Shown here one piece after another: positions 29,968-42,610 of a stretch of DNA of 64,000 nt. Within the stretch, counting starts at the first letter, position 1, and each line of letters begins with the position of its first letter. Made by a program: the position numbers and the translations under genes. Below the pieces are notes generated by a model. The model was not told where the DNA came from. It ran no database searches and saw only the letters and a program-made list of their open reading frames with translations. The DNA comes from Octopus vulgaris (taxonomy: Eukaryota). The stretch is from assembly GCA_951406725.2 (NCBI GenBank), contig OX597815.1, positions 192,882,001-192,946,000 on the forward strand, read 5' to 3'.

Positions 29968-30318
29968 ATTATGGCGGCCCCCTCGTTATCGAGTATGGCC
30001 ATTGCACGAAGCTTAACTGTTACTGGTGCTGTGATCGAATGTGACTTTTTAGCCCAGCTAAAGATCTAGAATGTCTTGTACAAAATTGGCAACTAAGACC
30101 TTTACTGGTAATAGCCGGCTGTAGTTGTAACTGGGCTTCATGTACTTTTGCATGCCGTTTAAGTCCTCCTGCCGAATTACACTCTCTTCCACATGCCCGA
30201 CAGATATGATTAGTATGGTGTGTTACACCACCACCAGTGGCCAGGTTGTCACTCATCTGTCTCGTTTTATGACTACGAAGATGACTCATGTGTCCAGCTT
30301 TACTGAGGCAGGGTTTTA
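29968..30318 (-). mobile_element. 5'-truncated LINE 3' end (RTE-like) with C-terminal C2H2 fingers
   Basis: KPCLSKAGHMSHLRSH, CRACGRECNSAGGLKRHAKVH and CQFCTRHSRSLAGLKSHIRSQH, then stop, short 3' UTR and (TATG)n tail. Confidence 0.72.
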
Positions 30319-30319
30319 C

Positions 30320-30350
<31 letters not shown>

Positions 30351-30409
30351 CATACATACATACATACATACATGCATGCATGCATACATACATACATACA
30401 TACATACGT

Positions 30410-30612
30410 TGATTCGCTAGCTTCTGCACGCATTTTTTTCTCTCCTTGTTTCTCTCCTTGTTTCTTTTCTGTGTGTCTTTCTGTTGAAGAGCGTAGGCTC
30501 GAAACGTAAAAGACTTGTTTTATTTATATTCCTGAGCGCCACACTAATACAATTGTTTGTTTGTATTCCACCTGCCTTCGTCTTTTGTTTATTTTCATAA
30601 AGCTTCCCGTTA
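30410..30612 (+). mobile_element. Penelope-like terminal repeat fragment with a minimal hammerhead-like motif
   Basis: gtcttt-CTGTTGA-A-GAGCgtagGCTC-GAAAC-GTA-aaagac; paralogous to 29745-29900. Confidence 0.7.
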
Positions 30613-31311
30613 CATACACACATACATAAAGTGAAGTTGAATTAACATGAGCATGTCTAGCTCTTTTTCAGTTGTGGAATTAGAAATCGTCAGCTTCCAT
30701 AGCTATCGGCCCTTACAATATCAGCGTGAGATGCTGGCTTGCGAAATTACCTTGTGAGAGAACGTTTTCTAAACCTTTCTTTCCGTATTCAAAAAACCAA
30801 AATACAAACAAACAAAAGCATAAGATCTTTGTTTTACTTATGTGAATACACATTGTATTAATTCCTAAAGTCTTTTCACGTAACTTATTATCTCCTGAAT
30901 AATTAAAAGAATAACAGCAAAATTTTAAATATTCCAGTAAATATTGCTGGTATTTTTTTTCTTCTTATTAACATCAAAGGCTGGCGTACTGCAAAATTAA
31001 TGAGTTATTATATAAATTCGAAACTCTCTATAATATGAATACAATAACTCTTAAACTGGTCTCTTCAAACTTGTAGTAATAAACTTAAATTATAAAAACG
31101 ATAATTACATTAAATTAAAATACTGATTTAAATATTACCTTCCATTATTTTTTTTTTAATCTTTTCGTTCGCCTTTTCAATTTGCGCGAAGGAAACCATA
31201 ACACAACGCAAACACGCAGAGATGAAAGTGAAATATATCCCTATGATGGTAGCTAATTGCTTAAAAATAATTATGTGCATGCATACACGTATATATATGC
31301 GTATGTCTATA

Positions 31312-31461
<150 letters not shown>

Positions 31462-31894
31462 TATATATATATATGTACGCACACATACAAAAATACATAC
31501 ACACACACATATATAGGCATAGTGTGTGTGTGTGTGTACTTACATTAATATCACATATATAAACTTGTTGTAAAAAGGGGCTGTGTTGTGATTGGACGAA
31601 ATGTTCTTGCGTTCCTAATGCAGAATGATGTCAAATTATGGAAATATTCCCTGTTACGCCCACGCCTTTATGACACGAAGAAATTTCCCTAGCTTCATAA
31701 AAGTAAAGATTATATTATATATGACTGATTAGTTAAATTTAAAACATTTGTAGTTCGACTTTTTTCGACCTCTTGAACATTGGAGACCTCCCAAAATGTT
31801 TCCAACCAATTTTTCTACCTCCAGCATAATTCTCTTGCCAATGGAAGTTTATGCTGACCATTTGGAAATCCGTGCTTTAGAGCAAGAATGCCTA

Positions 31895-32260
31895 GGATCT
31901 TTTCGCTTTGACCGGCAGATTTTTAAAATAATTTCTTTGTAACTAAACACTTTTAAACTTCGTATACTGGCAGAATGTATTTATAAAACATTTTTTTCTC
32001 ATGGTTTTCTTGAGAAAATTAATTTCTTGCATTTCGGCAATTTCAACCAATCAATGACGTCTATTGAGGTGAATTCAATTTCTGCCGTAATGTGTCAACA
32101 ACAAAATCAAAGACCAAATATCTTACAAACTACAGAATTTTCTCAAGAAAGCCAAAAGAAAAAGATGTTCTATAAACACATTCTACCACTATACGAAGTT
32201 TAACATTTTTAGTTACAAAGAAATTATTTTAAAAATCTGCCGGTCAAAGCGAAAAGATCC
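31895..32260. mobile_element. MITE with ~125-bp TIRs (GGATCTTTTC...)
   Basis: Long inverted arms. Imperfect 8-bp flanks aatgccta/aatgcccc. Confidence 0.88.
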
Positions 32261-33159
32261 AATGCCCCAGAGATGTTCTGTTATAGTTAGAACCACATTT
32301 AAGATGCTGCACAGGAATGTCAAATCGACTGCAGTACTTGATGGGTACTTTATTTTCCCGACACTAGAAAAGTAAAACGCAAAATTTATCTCGGTACGTG
32401 AATGGCCAACAAAAACTGAAAATATTTTGTCTGTGCGTCTACGGAAACAACGCGAAATAAACCTGGTTCAGTCATCGAGAAAGTCTCAATTTCTAGTTCT
32501 ACAATCTTTACATTATCGCTTAAGCTTTCGTAAGCAGGATGGTGAAGTAAAATTATCCAAATATGTTCATTAAGATGAAGGAAGATCGATTACCAGGAGC
32601 GTAACTTGGAAGGCGAACTCCTAAAGAAGATATTTTTATCAACATTATTAAACCGATCTTCTTTCTTTTTTATTAACAACAATGAAAGATCGCCGTCCCC
32701 AGTTTTGTACAACTTGCGTTTCCAGTCAGCAATATTTTGTCCACTTGTTAAGCTTAACCCTGTTAATGCACGTTAGGCATTATTTGAAACTGATTTAATA
32801 TTTTTCCAGTGTCTTCGAAACACAAAATTATTTTGCTGCAAAACAGTTAAGTGTTTTTCTGAATTTTTAATAACATTCAGTTTAAATAAAGTAGTATATT
32901 GTTATGCTTATTCTGTTCGGTAATTTTTATTCAAGGTAATGGATAAATTATAACACTACAATACGAGGTAATAGTGCCCCAGGAAAGCTGATTTCAGCTG
33001 TTCTGAGCATAAAAAAGAATGAAAAAGATGTACAATATGTAGATGTGTCAAAGACAAGATGAAGAAGATAAAGACATAATTAAAATAATTAAAATGCACA
33101 CACATACACACGCATACAGACAGACACATACGTATGGAAGAATAAAAAATAAAAAGAAC

Positions 33160-34107
33160 ATGCATTATTTATTTTACATTGCAGTTAGTTTCAAGAATAT
33201 TATTGTAATCAAAACGTTTCAAAATACGATAATATGTACTCAAAAATAGATTATAGAAATCAAATTATTTCAAAATACATTATTACATGTTCCAAAATAG
33301 CATATCATATCCAAAATACATCACTTAAATAAAATCATTACACTATTACATTCAAATCATTTCAAAATACATGATTAAACACTCCAAAATACATAATTAC
33401 AATAACACATAACTGCAAATCCCAAAGTATACTATTTCAAACCGGTTTCATTTCTTATAGGAGATATTCATTGCAATGAATTTGTGCAATGGCTTGCTAC
33501 AAGCCTTCATTTGACACATTTTGTGGTTACAGGAAGGAAGTAACAAATGCAATAATATTATGTTAGTTTTATTTATTTATGTTTCGCATGGAAAAATATA
33601 TTTCCCCATAATATTTGAATAGTTGAAGTACGTAAAGGTACTTCCCAGCTTTCTTTGTGTCTACTAACGTATATACTATCTCCTTTGTTGTCATGTGAGT
33701 CTGCAACGAGGTTGCACTATGTATTCAATGAAAGCTAGTAGTATGCCATTACACACGTACAGCGCAATGAATATCTCCTATAAAAAGTGAAACTGGTTTG
33801 TAATTATGCATTTTGGAATTTTTAATTATATATCATTATTATTATGTAGTTCGGTGTGTTTAACCATGTATTTTGAAATAATATGAATATAAAAAATGTA
33901 CTTTGGGATTCATAATATACATAATTTAATTGTAGTAATGAATTATGGATAGGATATGATATTTTGGAATATGCAATAATGAATTTTGAAATAATTTGAT
34001 TGTGATAACATTTTTGAATGCGTTTTATTGTATTTTGAACAAATTTGAATGTAATAATGTACTTTGGAATTAACTAACTGCAATGTAAAACGACTAGTCC
34101 ATCTCTG
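33160..34107. mobile_element. Foldback/hAT-like non-autonomous element with ~300-bp arms rich in CAAAATAC subrepeats
   Basis: Inverted pairs ttttacattgcagttagtt/aactaactgcaatgtaaaa and ttataggagatattcattgc/gcaatgaatatctcctataa. Confidence 0.8.
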
Positions 34108-34167
34108 TTTTATTTTTACTCTTCATATCTCTCAACTTGTAAGGGATATTTTTACCATTATATATAT

Positions 34168-34616
34168 ATATTTCTTCATTGCCCACAAGGGGTTAAACAT
34201 AGAGGAGACAAACAAGGACAGACAAGGGTATTAAGTCGATTACATCTACCCCAGTGCGTAACTGGTACTTTATTTATCGACCCGAAAGGATGAAAGGCAA
34301 AGTCGACCTCGGCGAAATTTGAACTCAGAACGTAGCGGCTGACGAAATACCGCTAAGCATTTCGCCCGGCGCGCTAACGTTTCATATTTCTTTATTGCTC
34401 ACAAGGGGCTAAACATATAGGGGACAAACAAGGCCAGACAAACGGATTAACTCGATTACATTGACCCCAATGCGTAACTGGTACTTTATTTATCGACCCC
34501 GAAAAGATGAAAGGTAAAAATCGACCTCGGTGAAATTTGAAGTCAGAACGTAACGGCTGACGAAATACGGTTACGCATTTCGCCCGGCGTGCAAACGTTT
34601 CTGCCAGCTCGCCGCC

Positions 34617-34618
<2 letters not shown>
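34168..34618 (-). mobile_element. Dimeric SINE family 2
   Basis: Two family 2 units ending in gccagctcgccgcctt. Confidence 0.9.
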
Positions 34619-34665
<47 letters not shown>

Positions 34666-34723
34666 CTGTGTGTGTGTGTGTGTGTGTGTATCTGCCATGA
34701 TATCAATTAAGCACTCAATATAA

Positions 34724-35065
34724 AAGAATATGGTTAAATTTCCAAACAAACAGATACCAGTAAATGTAATTAGAATACAAATCCCAGGTAAATCCTCATG
34801 CATGACAGGTAAATCCAACAGTCCTTTTGTAGAATTTTAAGAAATTCAGAATATTTTCCAACGGTCGCTGGATTTTTAATGTGAGATCTAAAATAATGAT
34901 ATAATTTCATTCGTACGTAATATTTGTTGTTGATAAATACATTGAATTTCTTAAAATTCTACAAAAGGATTATTGGATTTACCGATCAAGCATAAGATTT
35001 ACTTGGGATTTGTACTCTGCTTATATTTACTGGTATCTGTTTGTTGGAAATTTAACCATATTCTT
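34724..35065. mobile_element. Palindromic MITE, ~120-bp arms
   Basis: aagaatatggttaaatttccaaacaaacagataccagtaaat versus atttactggtatctgtttgttggaaatttaaccatattctt. Confidence 0.87.
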
Positions 35066-35094
35066 GTGTGTGTGTGTGTGTGTGTGTGTGTTTG

Positions 35095-35450
35095 TATGGT
35101 AAGACGATTCCTTCCCAACCATATGATTACGGGTTCAGTCTATCAGTCCAACTGCGTGGCACCTTGGGCAAGTGTCTTCGATTACAGTCACAGGCTGACG
35201 AAAACCCTGTAAGTGGATTTGGTAAGCGGAAACTGAAAGAAACTCGTCGTATATATATGTGTGTGTGTGCGTGTGTGTTTGTCACCCACCACTGCTTGAC
35301 AGCCGGTGTTGGTGTATTTATATGTCCGTAACATAGCTGTTCAGCAAAAGATACCGATAGAATAAGTATCAGGCTTTAAAATGTACTGGTGTCGATTAAT
35401 TCGACAAAAAGCTTTTAAAGACAGAGCATGAAACAAGTAAAAGATAAAGG

Positions 35451-35485
<35 letters not shown>

Positions 35486-35747
35486 TGTATGTATGTATGT
35501 ATGTATGTGTATAAATGTATATATACATATATCTAAGTTCATAAATATATCTGTTTATACACTCACACACACATTTATATGTATATCTGTATATATATAT
35601 ATAGGCGCAGGAGTGGCTGTGTAGTAAGTAGCTTGCTTACCAACCACATGGTTCTGGGTTCGTGTCTAGTACTGTAGCCTCGGGCCGACCAAAGCCATGT
35701 GAGTGGATTTGGTAGAAGGAAACTGAAAGAAATCCGTCGTATATATG

Positions 35748-35800
<53 letters not shown>

Positions 35801-35990
35801 GTGTGTGTGTTCGCACCCTCCAACATCGCTTGACAACCGATGCTGGTGTGTTTACGTTCCCGTAACATAGCAGTTCGGCAAAAGAGACCGATAGAATAAG
35901 TACTAGGCTTACAAAGAATAAGTCCTGGGGTCGATTTGCTCGACTAAAGGCGGTGCTCCAGCATGGCCGCAGTCAAATGACTGAAAGAGA
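35095..35990 (+). mobile_element. Two SINE family 1 copies (about 35095-35450 and 35603-35990)
   Basis: Family 1 head, core and tail motifs. Confidence 0.85.
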
Positions 35991-36010
35991 ACGTATGCGT
36001 GTATATACAT

Positions 36011-36061
<51 letters not shown>

Positions 36062-36367
36062 ACAGCTGCAGCAGTAGGAAGTGGCGCAATAATGGGAAAG
36101 TATCTTTAGTAGAGGTTCTTACAATTCCTTTTCAAGATATTTTTTCACATGACACCCTGATCACACTTGCGACCCTACGATCTGTCTGCACGCGGCAGTG
36201 TTCAATCATGTGGACAACATCATTGACAAACTGGGCTAAGCTAGGCTGGCAGGGAGCCGACGTCATTCTACGTATGCAATGAGTGGATTGCCGGCGGACA
36301 ATGTGGAGGAAACCTAATCGCGTGGAGTCAAGGTTTCATTGGTAAGAAGGCGATGTCCAGCAACCTA

Positions 36368-36740
36368 GGCGGCGAGCTGGCAGAAATGTTAGCACGCCGG
36401 GCGAAATGCGTAGCCGTATTTCGTCTGCCGTTACGTTCTGAGTTCAAATTCCGCCGAGGTCGACTTTGCCTTTCATCTTTTCGGGGTCGATAAATTAAGT
36501 ACCAGTTACGCACTGGGGTCGATGTAATCGACTTAATCCGTTTGTCTGTCCTTGTTTGTCCTCTCTGTGTTTAGCCCCTTGTGGGTAGTAAAGAAATAGG
36601 TATTTCGTCTGCTGCTACGTTCTGAGTTCAAATTCCCCCGAGGTCGACTTTGCCTTTCACCCTTTAGGAGTCGATAAATTAAGTACCAGTTACGCATTGT
36701 GGTCGATGAAATCAACTTAATCCATTTGTTTGTCCCCTGT
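36368..36740 (+). mobile_element. Dimeric SINE family 2
   Basis: Family 2 units. Confidence 0.88.
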
Positions 36741-37546
36741 TGAACTTGTATTGTCAGAGCACGGCGAGACACTTAGATCATTATGATCACGCCATTGCAT
36801 CCTTAGTATACTTTCAGCAATCTCAGTCTAGAAAGTCATAGAGAAAAGCCTGGTCGTGTGGTTCTGGCCTCCCACACGATAACGTCAGTCTAGCGCGAGT
36901 CAGGACTTTTACGTCTCGGAAGTACAGACAGACAGCGGGCCTTTCGTTGCGACGTCTGGAAATATCACGATCGTCTGCTACAACGAAATGTCATCACAGA
37001 TGTTGTTCCCCGCTTGTTGGGGCGGACGGAATGTGTAGTGTAAGCGGACGGAGACAGTTGCATTTTTCCGGTCGCTTGCGTGGCTGCATCCTCCATTACC
37101 GATGCACTTTCAGAAGTGCTACTGGTATTTAGGAGATGGAGTCTTCGAAAACAAAAACAAGCAAAACTAGTATTTAATTCAAATAATTTCCACAACTTAA
37201 GATTGCACGAAATAAAATATGGCTGTCATTGTTGTTATTAGCCACAGACGTACTCCTTAAATTTCAATAGAATTTTAAGTTTCTTTGATACAAATTATTA
37301 TATAAATGTAAAAACACATATCAACATTGGAGAAAAATATTTCCTCGTCATAATCTTTGTCGATCTGTTATGCTTGAAAACTCATTAGGTAAATTCTAGT
37401 TAGCTATTTCTTGTCAAAAATAGCTGACTCTTTTTATTATACGTGAGTGTGGCTTTTACTAACGTCTGTTCGGTTGATGTTTCAAGTGGAGATACGGGGG
37501 ATCGGAGAAAATCTCGAAAGGGCAAATGTCTATAATAAGAAAACTC

Positions 37547-38127
37547 GGATCTTTTCCTTTTGAACGGCAGTCTTCAACACAATTTCTAGTTAACTAAAGA
37601 CTTTTAAACTTCGTATACAGGTAGAATGTGTTTATAAAACATCATTTTTTTCTTGGCTTTATTGAGAAAATTCTATATGTTGTAATATATTTCGACTTTA
37701 ATTTGGAGTATTTGACACCGCTAGAAAAAAATTCCAATTTCCGTAGCAGTGTCGTAGAAATTGTCACCCATAATGACAACCCTAGTATCGATCTATTGCA
37801 TTTCAATCTATTTTAGGGTTAGGTTTAGAATTATGGTTAGGGGTGGGGGAAGGGTATCTGTTTTTCTTCGCAAATGTAAATAAACCCAATCTGTTTCTTA
37901 AACGAGGGGCATATCCATACAGCACGGAATGTTTTCACCCCAAATGGAGGTCAGCGATTGGTTAAAATTGCCGAAATGCTCGAAATAGGTTACAACATAT
38001 AGAATTTTCTCAATAAAACCAAGAAAAAATGATGTTTTATAAACACATTCTACCAGTATACGAAGTTTAAAAGTCTTTAGTTAACTAGAAATTGTGTTGA
38101 AAACTGCCGTTCAAAAGGAAAAGATCC
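37547..38127. mobile_element. MITE with ~140-bp TIRs and 8-bp TSD, related to 31895-32260
   Basis: GGATCTTTTCCTTTTGAACGGCAG...CTGCCGTTCAAAAGGAAAAGATCC; flanks gaaaactc/gaaaattc. Confidence 0.92.
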
Positions 38128-38769
38128 GAAAATTCATATGTTGGATTAATTACCATTTGATTAGTTTTAAGCGTGAATATTTTGAATGCTCTTTAATGGT
38201 TCTCTTAAAAAGATTCTGCATTTGTTATACAGATAACGTGCGAAAAGAATTAATAAAATCAAAGGAAAGGACTTTCTCTCCAAGTTTACTGAAAATTTTG
38301 TTCTTCCAAATACGTTCTTAGAGCTTCAGCTGATCTTTTACAAAATGAATGAAAACAATTGCAGAATGGTAGGCTTCTTCTAAAAACTACTTGCCGAAAC
38401 CTAAACTACCCATCCCACCCTGAAAAAATAAAAATCTACACATATTTTGCATTCTGTGTATCATACTTAAAGTACATACATCGTCGAAAGCCTGATAAAA
38501 TACCGCATTTGTCTCAAGAAAGCATCTCTTATAATGTTAAAAATCCTCTGAAATAATGGTAGGAAACTCTCAAGAGAGCTGTACAGCAAAAGTTCTTCAG
38601 AGAAGAAACCCCCACACAGGTAAGTGTTTCGGCCCTTAACTTCTTAGTTTCTAAAGGGACCGGGCTACATCAAGATCATGCTTCTTGGGTGCAGTTCGGC
38701 TGATTAGTTTTCAGCCACTTGGAAATCCCATCACGATGTAACACTCTTTCTTTGATTTAACTTTCAATT

Positions 38770-39156
38770 TATGATGGCACTCCGTCGGTTGCGACGATGA
38801 GGGTTCCAATTGATTCGATCAACGGAACAGCCTGCTCGTGAAATTAACGTGCAAATGGCTGATCACTCCACAGACACGTGTACCCTTAGCATAGTTCCCT
38901 GGGGAGATTCAGCGTGACACAGAATGTGACAAGGCTGGCCCTTTGAAATACAGGTACAACAGAAACAGGAAGAAAGAGTGAGAGAAAGTTGCGGTGAAAG
39001 AGTACAGCAAGATTCGCCACCACCCCCTGCCGGAGCCTCGTGGAATTTTAGGCGTTTTCGCTGAATAAATATTCACAATGCCCGGTCTGGGAGTCAAAAC
39101 CACGATCCTAAGACCGCGAGTCCGCTGCCCTAACCACTGGGCTATTGCGCCTCTAC
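38770..39156 (-). mobile_element. SINE family 3, full length with TSD
   Basis: actttcaatt at 38760-38769 and 39157-39166. Confidence 0.9.
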
Positions 39157-39487
39157 ACTTTCAATTCATACTGAAAGAAGAAATAACATTCGTTGTCAAA
39201 GTAGCGTTGAACTATATTAATAGCAAACGAAAATCATCCAGAAATACCTACAACGTTGCTGGATGATCTCCTGCATTGCAGATATATTTCTATGTTGTTT
39301 TTTAAACATAAGTCTAGGAGGGCGTGCTGAAAAGTTCCTGGCTTTGGGTAAGAGAAGATACTGGAAGATCAGTTATTTATTATTTTATTCAACAAATTCA
39401 AAACGTAGAAATGGAACAGCGACTGCTGATTTCGTTATTCTAAACAGAAAGCCTGAACGCAGAATTGCCATTAGAACAGCTGAAATA

Positions 39488-39990
39488 AGGCGGCGAGCTG
39501 GCAGAAACGTTAGCACACCGGGCGAAATGCGTAGCGGTATTTCGTCTGCCGTTACGTTCCGAGTTCAAATTCCGCCGAGGTCGACCTAGCCTTTCATCCT
39601 TTCGGGGTCGATAAATTAAGTACCAGTCACGCACTGGGGTCGATATAATCGACTTAATCCGTTTGTCCTCTCTGTGTTTAGCCCCTTGTAGGTATTTCGT
39701 CTGCCGTTACGTTCCGAGTTCAAATTCCGCCGAGGTCGACTTTGCCTTTCATCCTTTCGGGGTCGATTAAATAAGTACCAGTTACGCACTGGGGTCAATA
39801 TGATCGACTTAATCCGTTTGTCTGTCCTCTCTGTGTGTAGCCCCTTGTGGGCAGTAAAGAAATAGGTATTTCGTTTGCCGTTACGTTCCGAGTTCAAATT
39901 CCGCCGAGGTCGACTTTGCCTTTCATCCTTTCGGCGTGGATAAATTAAGTACCAGTTGCGTACTAGGGTCGATCTGATCGACTGTCCCCC
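39488..39990 (+). mobile_element. Trimeric SINE family 2
   Basis: Three gttcaaattccgccgaggtcgac units. Confidence 0.88.
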
Positions 39991-40139
39991 ACCCCACCAC
40001 GAAAAAATACTGGGTAAATTACCCGAGCAAAGCGGACAAATTTATCAAGAAACAAACGCTTATGAGAAAAAAAAATGTTTCTTTATATTTATGCTTGGTT
40101 ACTTAGCGTCTAAAATTGCGAATGAATTTTTCAGCAGGT

Positions 40140-40545
40140 AGTGCTCCAGCATGGCCGCAATCAAATGACTGAAACAGTAAAAGAGAGAGAGAGAGTGGCT
40201 GTGTTGTAAGAAGATTGCTTACCAACCTCACAGTTTCGGGTTCAGTCCCACTGCGTGGCACCTTGAGTAAGTGTCTTCTACTATAGCTTCGGGTTGACCA
40301 AAGCCTTGTAAGTGAATTTGGTAGACAGAAACTGTAAGAAGTCCGTCGTATATATATATTAATGTATTTGTGAGCCTGTTTTCCCCCACCGATGTTGGTG
40401 TGTTAAAGTCCCCCGTAACTTAGTCGTTCGGCAAAACAAACCGACTTACAAAGAGTAAGTCTTGGGGTCGATATGTTCGACTAAAGGCGGTGCTCCAACA
40501 TGGCCGCAGTCAAATGTCTGAAACAAGTAGAGGAATAGAAGAAAA
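40140..40545 (+). mobile_element. SINE family 1 preceded by the tail of another copy
   Basis: Family 1 motifs. Confidence 0.8.
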
Positions 40546-41077
40546 GAACCTTATTTGTATCATATAGTACACATTTCGAGGCTAAAAAAAAAGTTAGTTT
40601 AATATTTATACACGTAGAAAGCCTAAAATTTGAAGGATGCTGTTAAGTCGATATCATCAACTCCAGAACTTGAACCATTATTTTATTTTATTGACCTCGG
40701 CAGAATAAAAGGCAACTTTGACCTAGGGATGATTTGAACTCAAAACACGAAGAACCGAAAGGATATTATAAATGTCACTTATAGGTATTAAAGAGATATA
40801 ATTTCGCATTTCTGAAATGCTAGATACAAAGTTATATGGGAGTTGTTCCCCTTGAACGAAAATATAGCGTCTTCATCCTTTTATTTATATTTTATAGTTA
40901 AAGAAGGAATGAAATGGTTTTCTTTTACAAAATATTGTGAATCGTTCATCATATTTCTGTCCCACACACAACGAATATTACAAACCACCCAGATAGGGTT
41001 AGAATCTCTATACGGTCACTTAACTGGCTGTGCATATTATTATTCTATTGTGCATATAATCATTTTATTCAACACAT

Positions 41078-41614
41078 GTCACGCTGGTGAGACCCATATT
41101 GGAGTACGGGATTCAAGCCTCTTCTCCTTATCTCCTCAAAGACATACAGCATCTCGAAAGAGTCCAGAAGCTGGCTACCCGCATGGTTCTTGGTCTCAAG
41201 AATTTGTCTTATGAAGAAAGGCTGAAGACGCTCGACCTTTATTCTCTAGAAAAACGACGACGCCGTGGAGATCTTATTCTTGCTCACATCATAAGCGGAA
41301 AGTGTAACCTCTCGAAAGAGCTGTTCTTCACTCCTGCTCCAGAGCATCGGCTGCGGGGTCATTCCAGAAAGCTCTATCTGCGACGATTTCATCTCAATGG
41401 AAGGAGAGGGGCTCTCTCCGTCCGGGTTGCGGATCCGTGGAATAAGCTGCCAGACGAGATGGTGAAGATGCCGACGACCGCTCGGTTCAAAGTCTCCCTT
41501 GACCTCAAGTGGCCTGAACTCCTTACATGAACTCCACCCTGTACATAACTCCATGTCCCCCTACATGGCCTTGCTTTTTGCTTTTTGAGTTAAAAAATCA
41601 ACTAACTAACTAAC
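41078..41614 (+). mobile_element. 5'-truncated CR1-clade LINE 3' end (ORF2 C-terminus)
   Basis: LVRPILEY...KDIQHLERVQKLATRM...LSYEERLKTLDLYSLEKRRRRGDLI, 3' UTR and (TAAC)n tail. Confidence 0.9.
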
Positions 41615-42049
41615 ATTCCCTTCTCAGATTCATACTTATTGCAGCGGTCGTTCAGTTTGTTCTAAGCTCTGTTAAAGAACTTAGAAGGTTGGGTCTGAAA
41701 CCAGGCCTTTCGCGACACCCTTAAAGCCAGGAACTTTTCAGCACCCTTCGTATACGAGATGCTTTCTTGAGACAAATACTCTGTAAATTTATGCTTGTTC
41801 CTTCTCAAGTTATATCTGGCTCATGGGGCTGGTTCCCCACCTGGATGGGACGCCGGTCCGTCGCAGGTGAGCTGCAAGATGCAGGAGGAAAGAGTGAGAG
41901 AAAGTTGTGACAAGTTCGCCATTACCTTCTGCCGGAACCGCGTGGAGCTTAGGTGTTTCGCTCATAAACACACATCGCCCGGTCTGAGATTCGAACCCGC
42001 GAGTCTGCTGCTCTAACCGCTAGGCTATATACCTCCGTAAATTCATATA

Positions 42050-42610
42050 CTGGTTTCAAATTTTGACACAAGGTCAGCTATTTCGGGGAGCAGGTAAGTG
42101 GATGACATCCACCCCAGTACTCAACTGGTACTTTATCGATCCCGAAAGAGAGGAAAGACTAAGTCGACCTCGGGGGAATCTGAACTGAAAACGTTAGGAC
42201 GGGCGAAAAGCTGTTGAGCATATATAAATCGGTTTCAAAATTTGGCACAAGACCAGCAATTTGGAGGTAAAAGGTAAGTCGATATCGACCCCAGCTCTCA
42301 ACTGGTACTTATTTTATCGACCCCGAAAGGGAGGAAATGCAAAGTCAACTTCAGCGGAATTTGAACTCAGAACGTAAAGACGGGCGAAATACCTATTTCT
42401 TTACTACCCACAAGGGGCTAAACATAGAGAGGACAAACGGATTAAGTCGATTATATCGACGCCAGTACGTAACTGGTATTTATTAATCATCCAAAAGGAT
42501 GAAAGGCAAAGTCGACCTCGGCGGAATTTGAACTCAGAACGTAGCGTCAGACGAAATACCGCTAAGCATTTCGCCCGGCGTGCTAACGATTCTGCCATCT
42601 CGCTACCTTA
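42050..42610 (-). mobile_element. Cluster of three family 2 SINEs
   Basis: Repeated aaagtcgacctcgg...gaactcagaacgt units. Confidence 0.85.

Larger units (their letters stand above)
39315..41752. mobile_element. Tc1/mariner-type MITE ends enclosing SINEs and a LINE fragment
   Basis: gtgctgaaaagttcctggcttt (39324) and aaagccaggaacttttcagcac (41723), with TA-like termini. Confidence 0.7.

Noticed and set aside
30020-30289. Host C2H2 zinc-finger gene
   Set aside because: No TGEKP linkers or splice acceptor; truncation and microsatellite tail fit a LINE 3' end.
36080-37195. GC-richer segments with 60-110 aa ORFs
   Set aside because: No recognisable protein and frequent stops; probably old retroelement remains.
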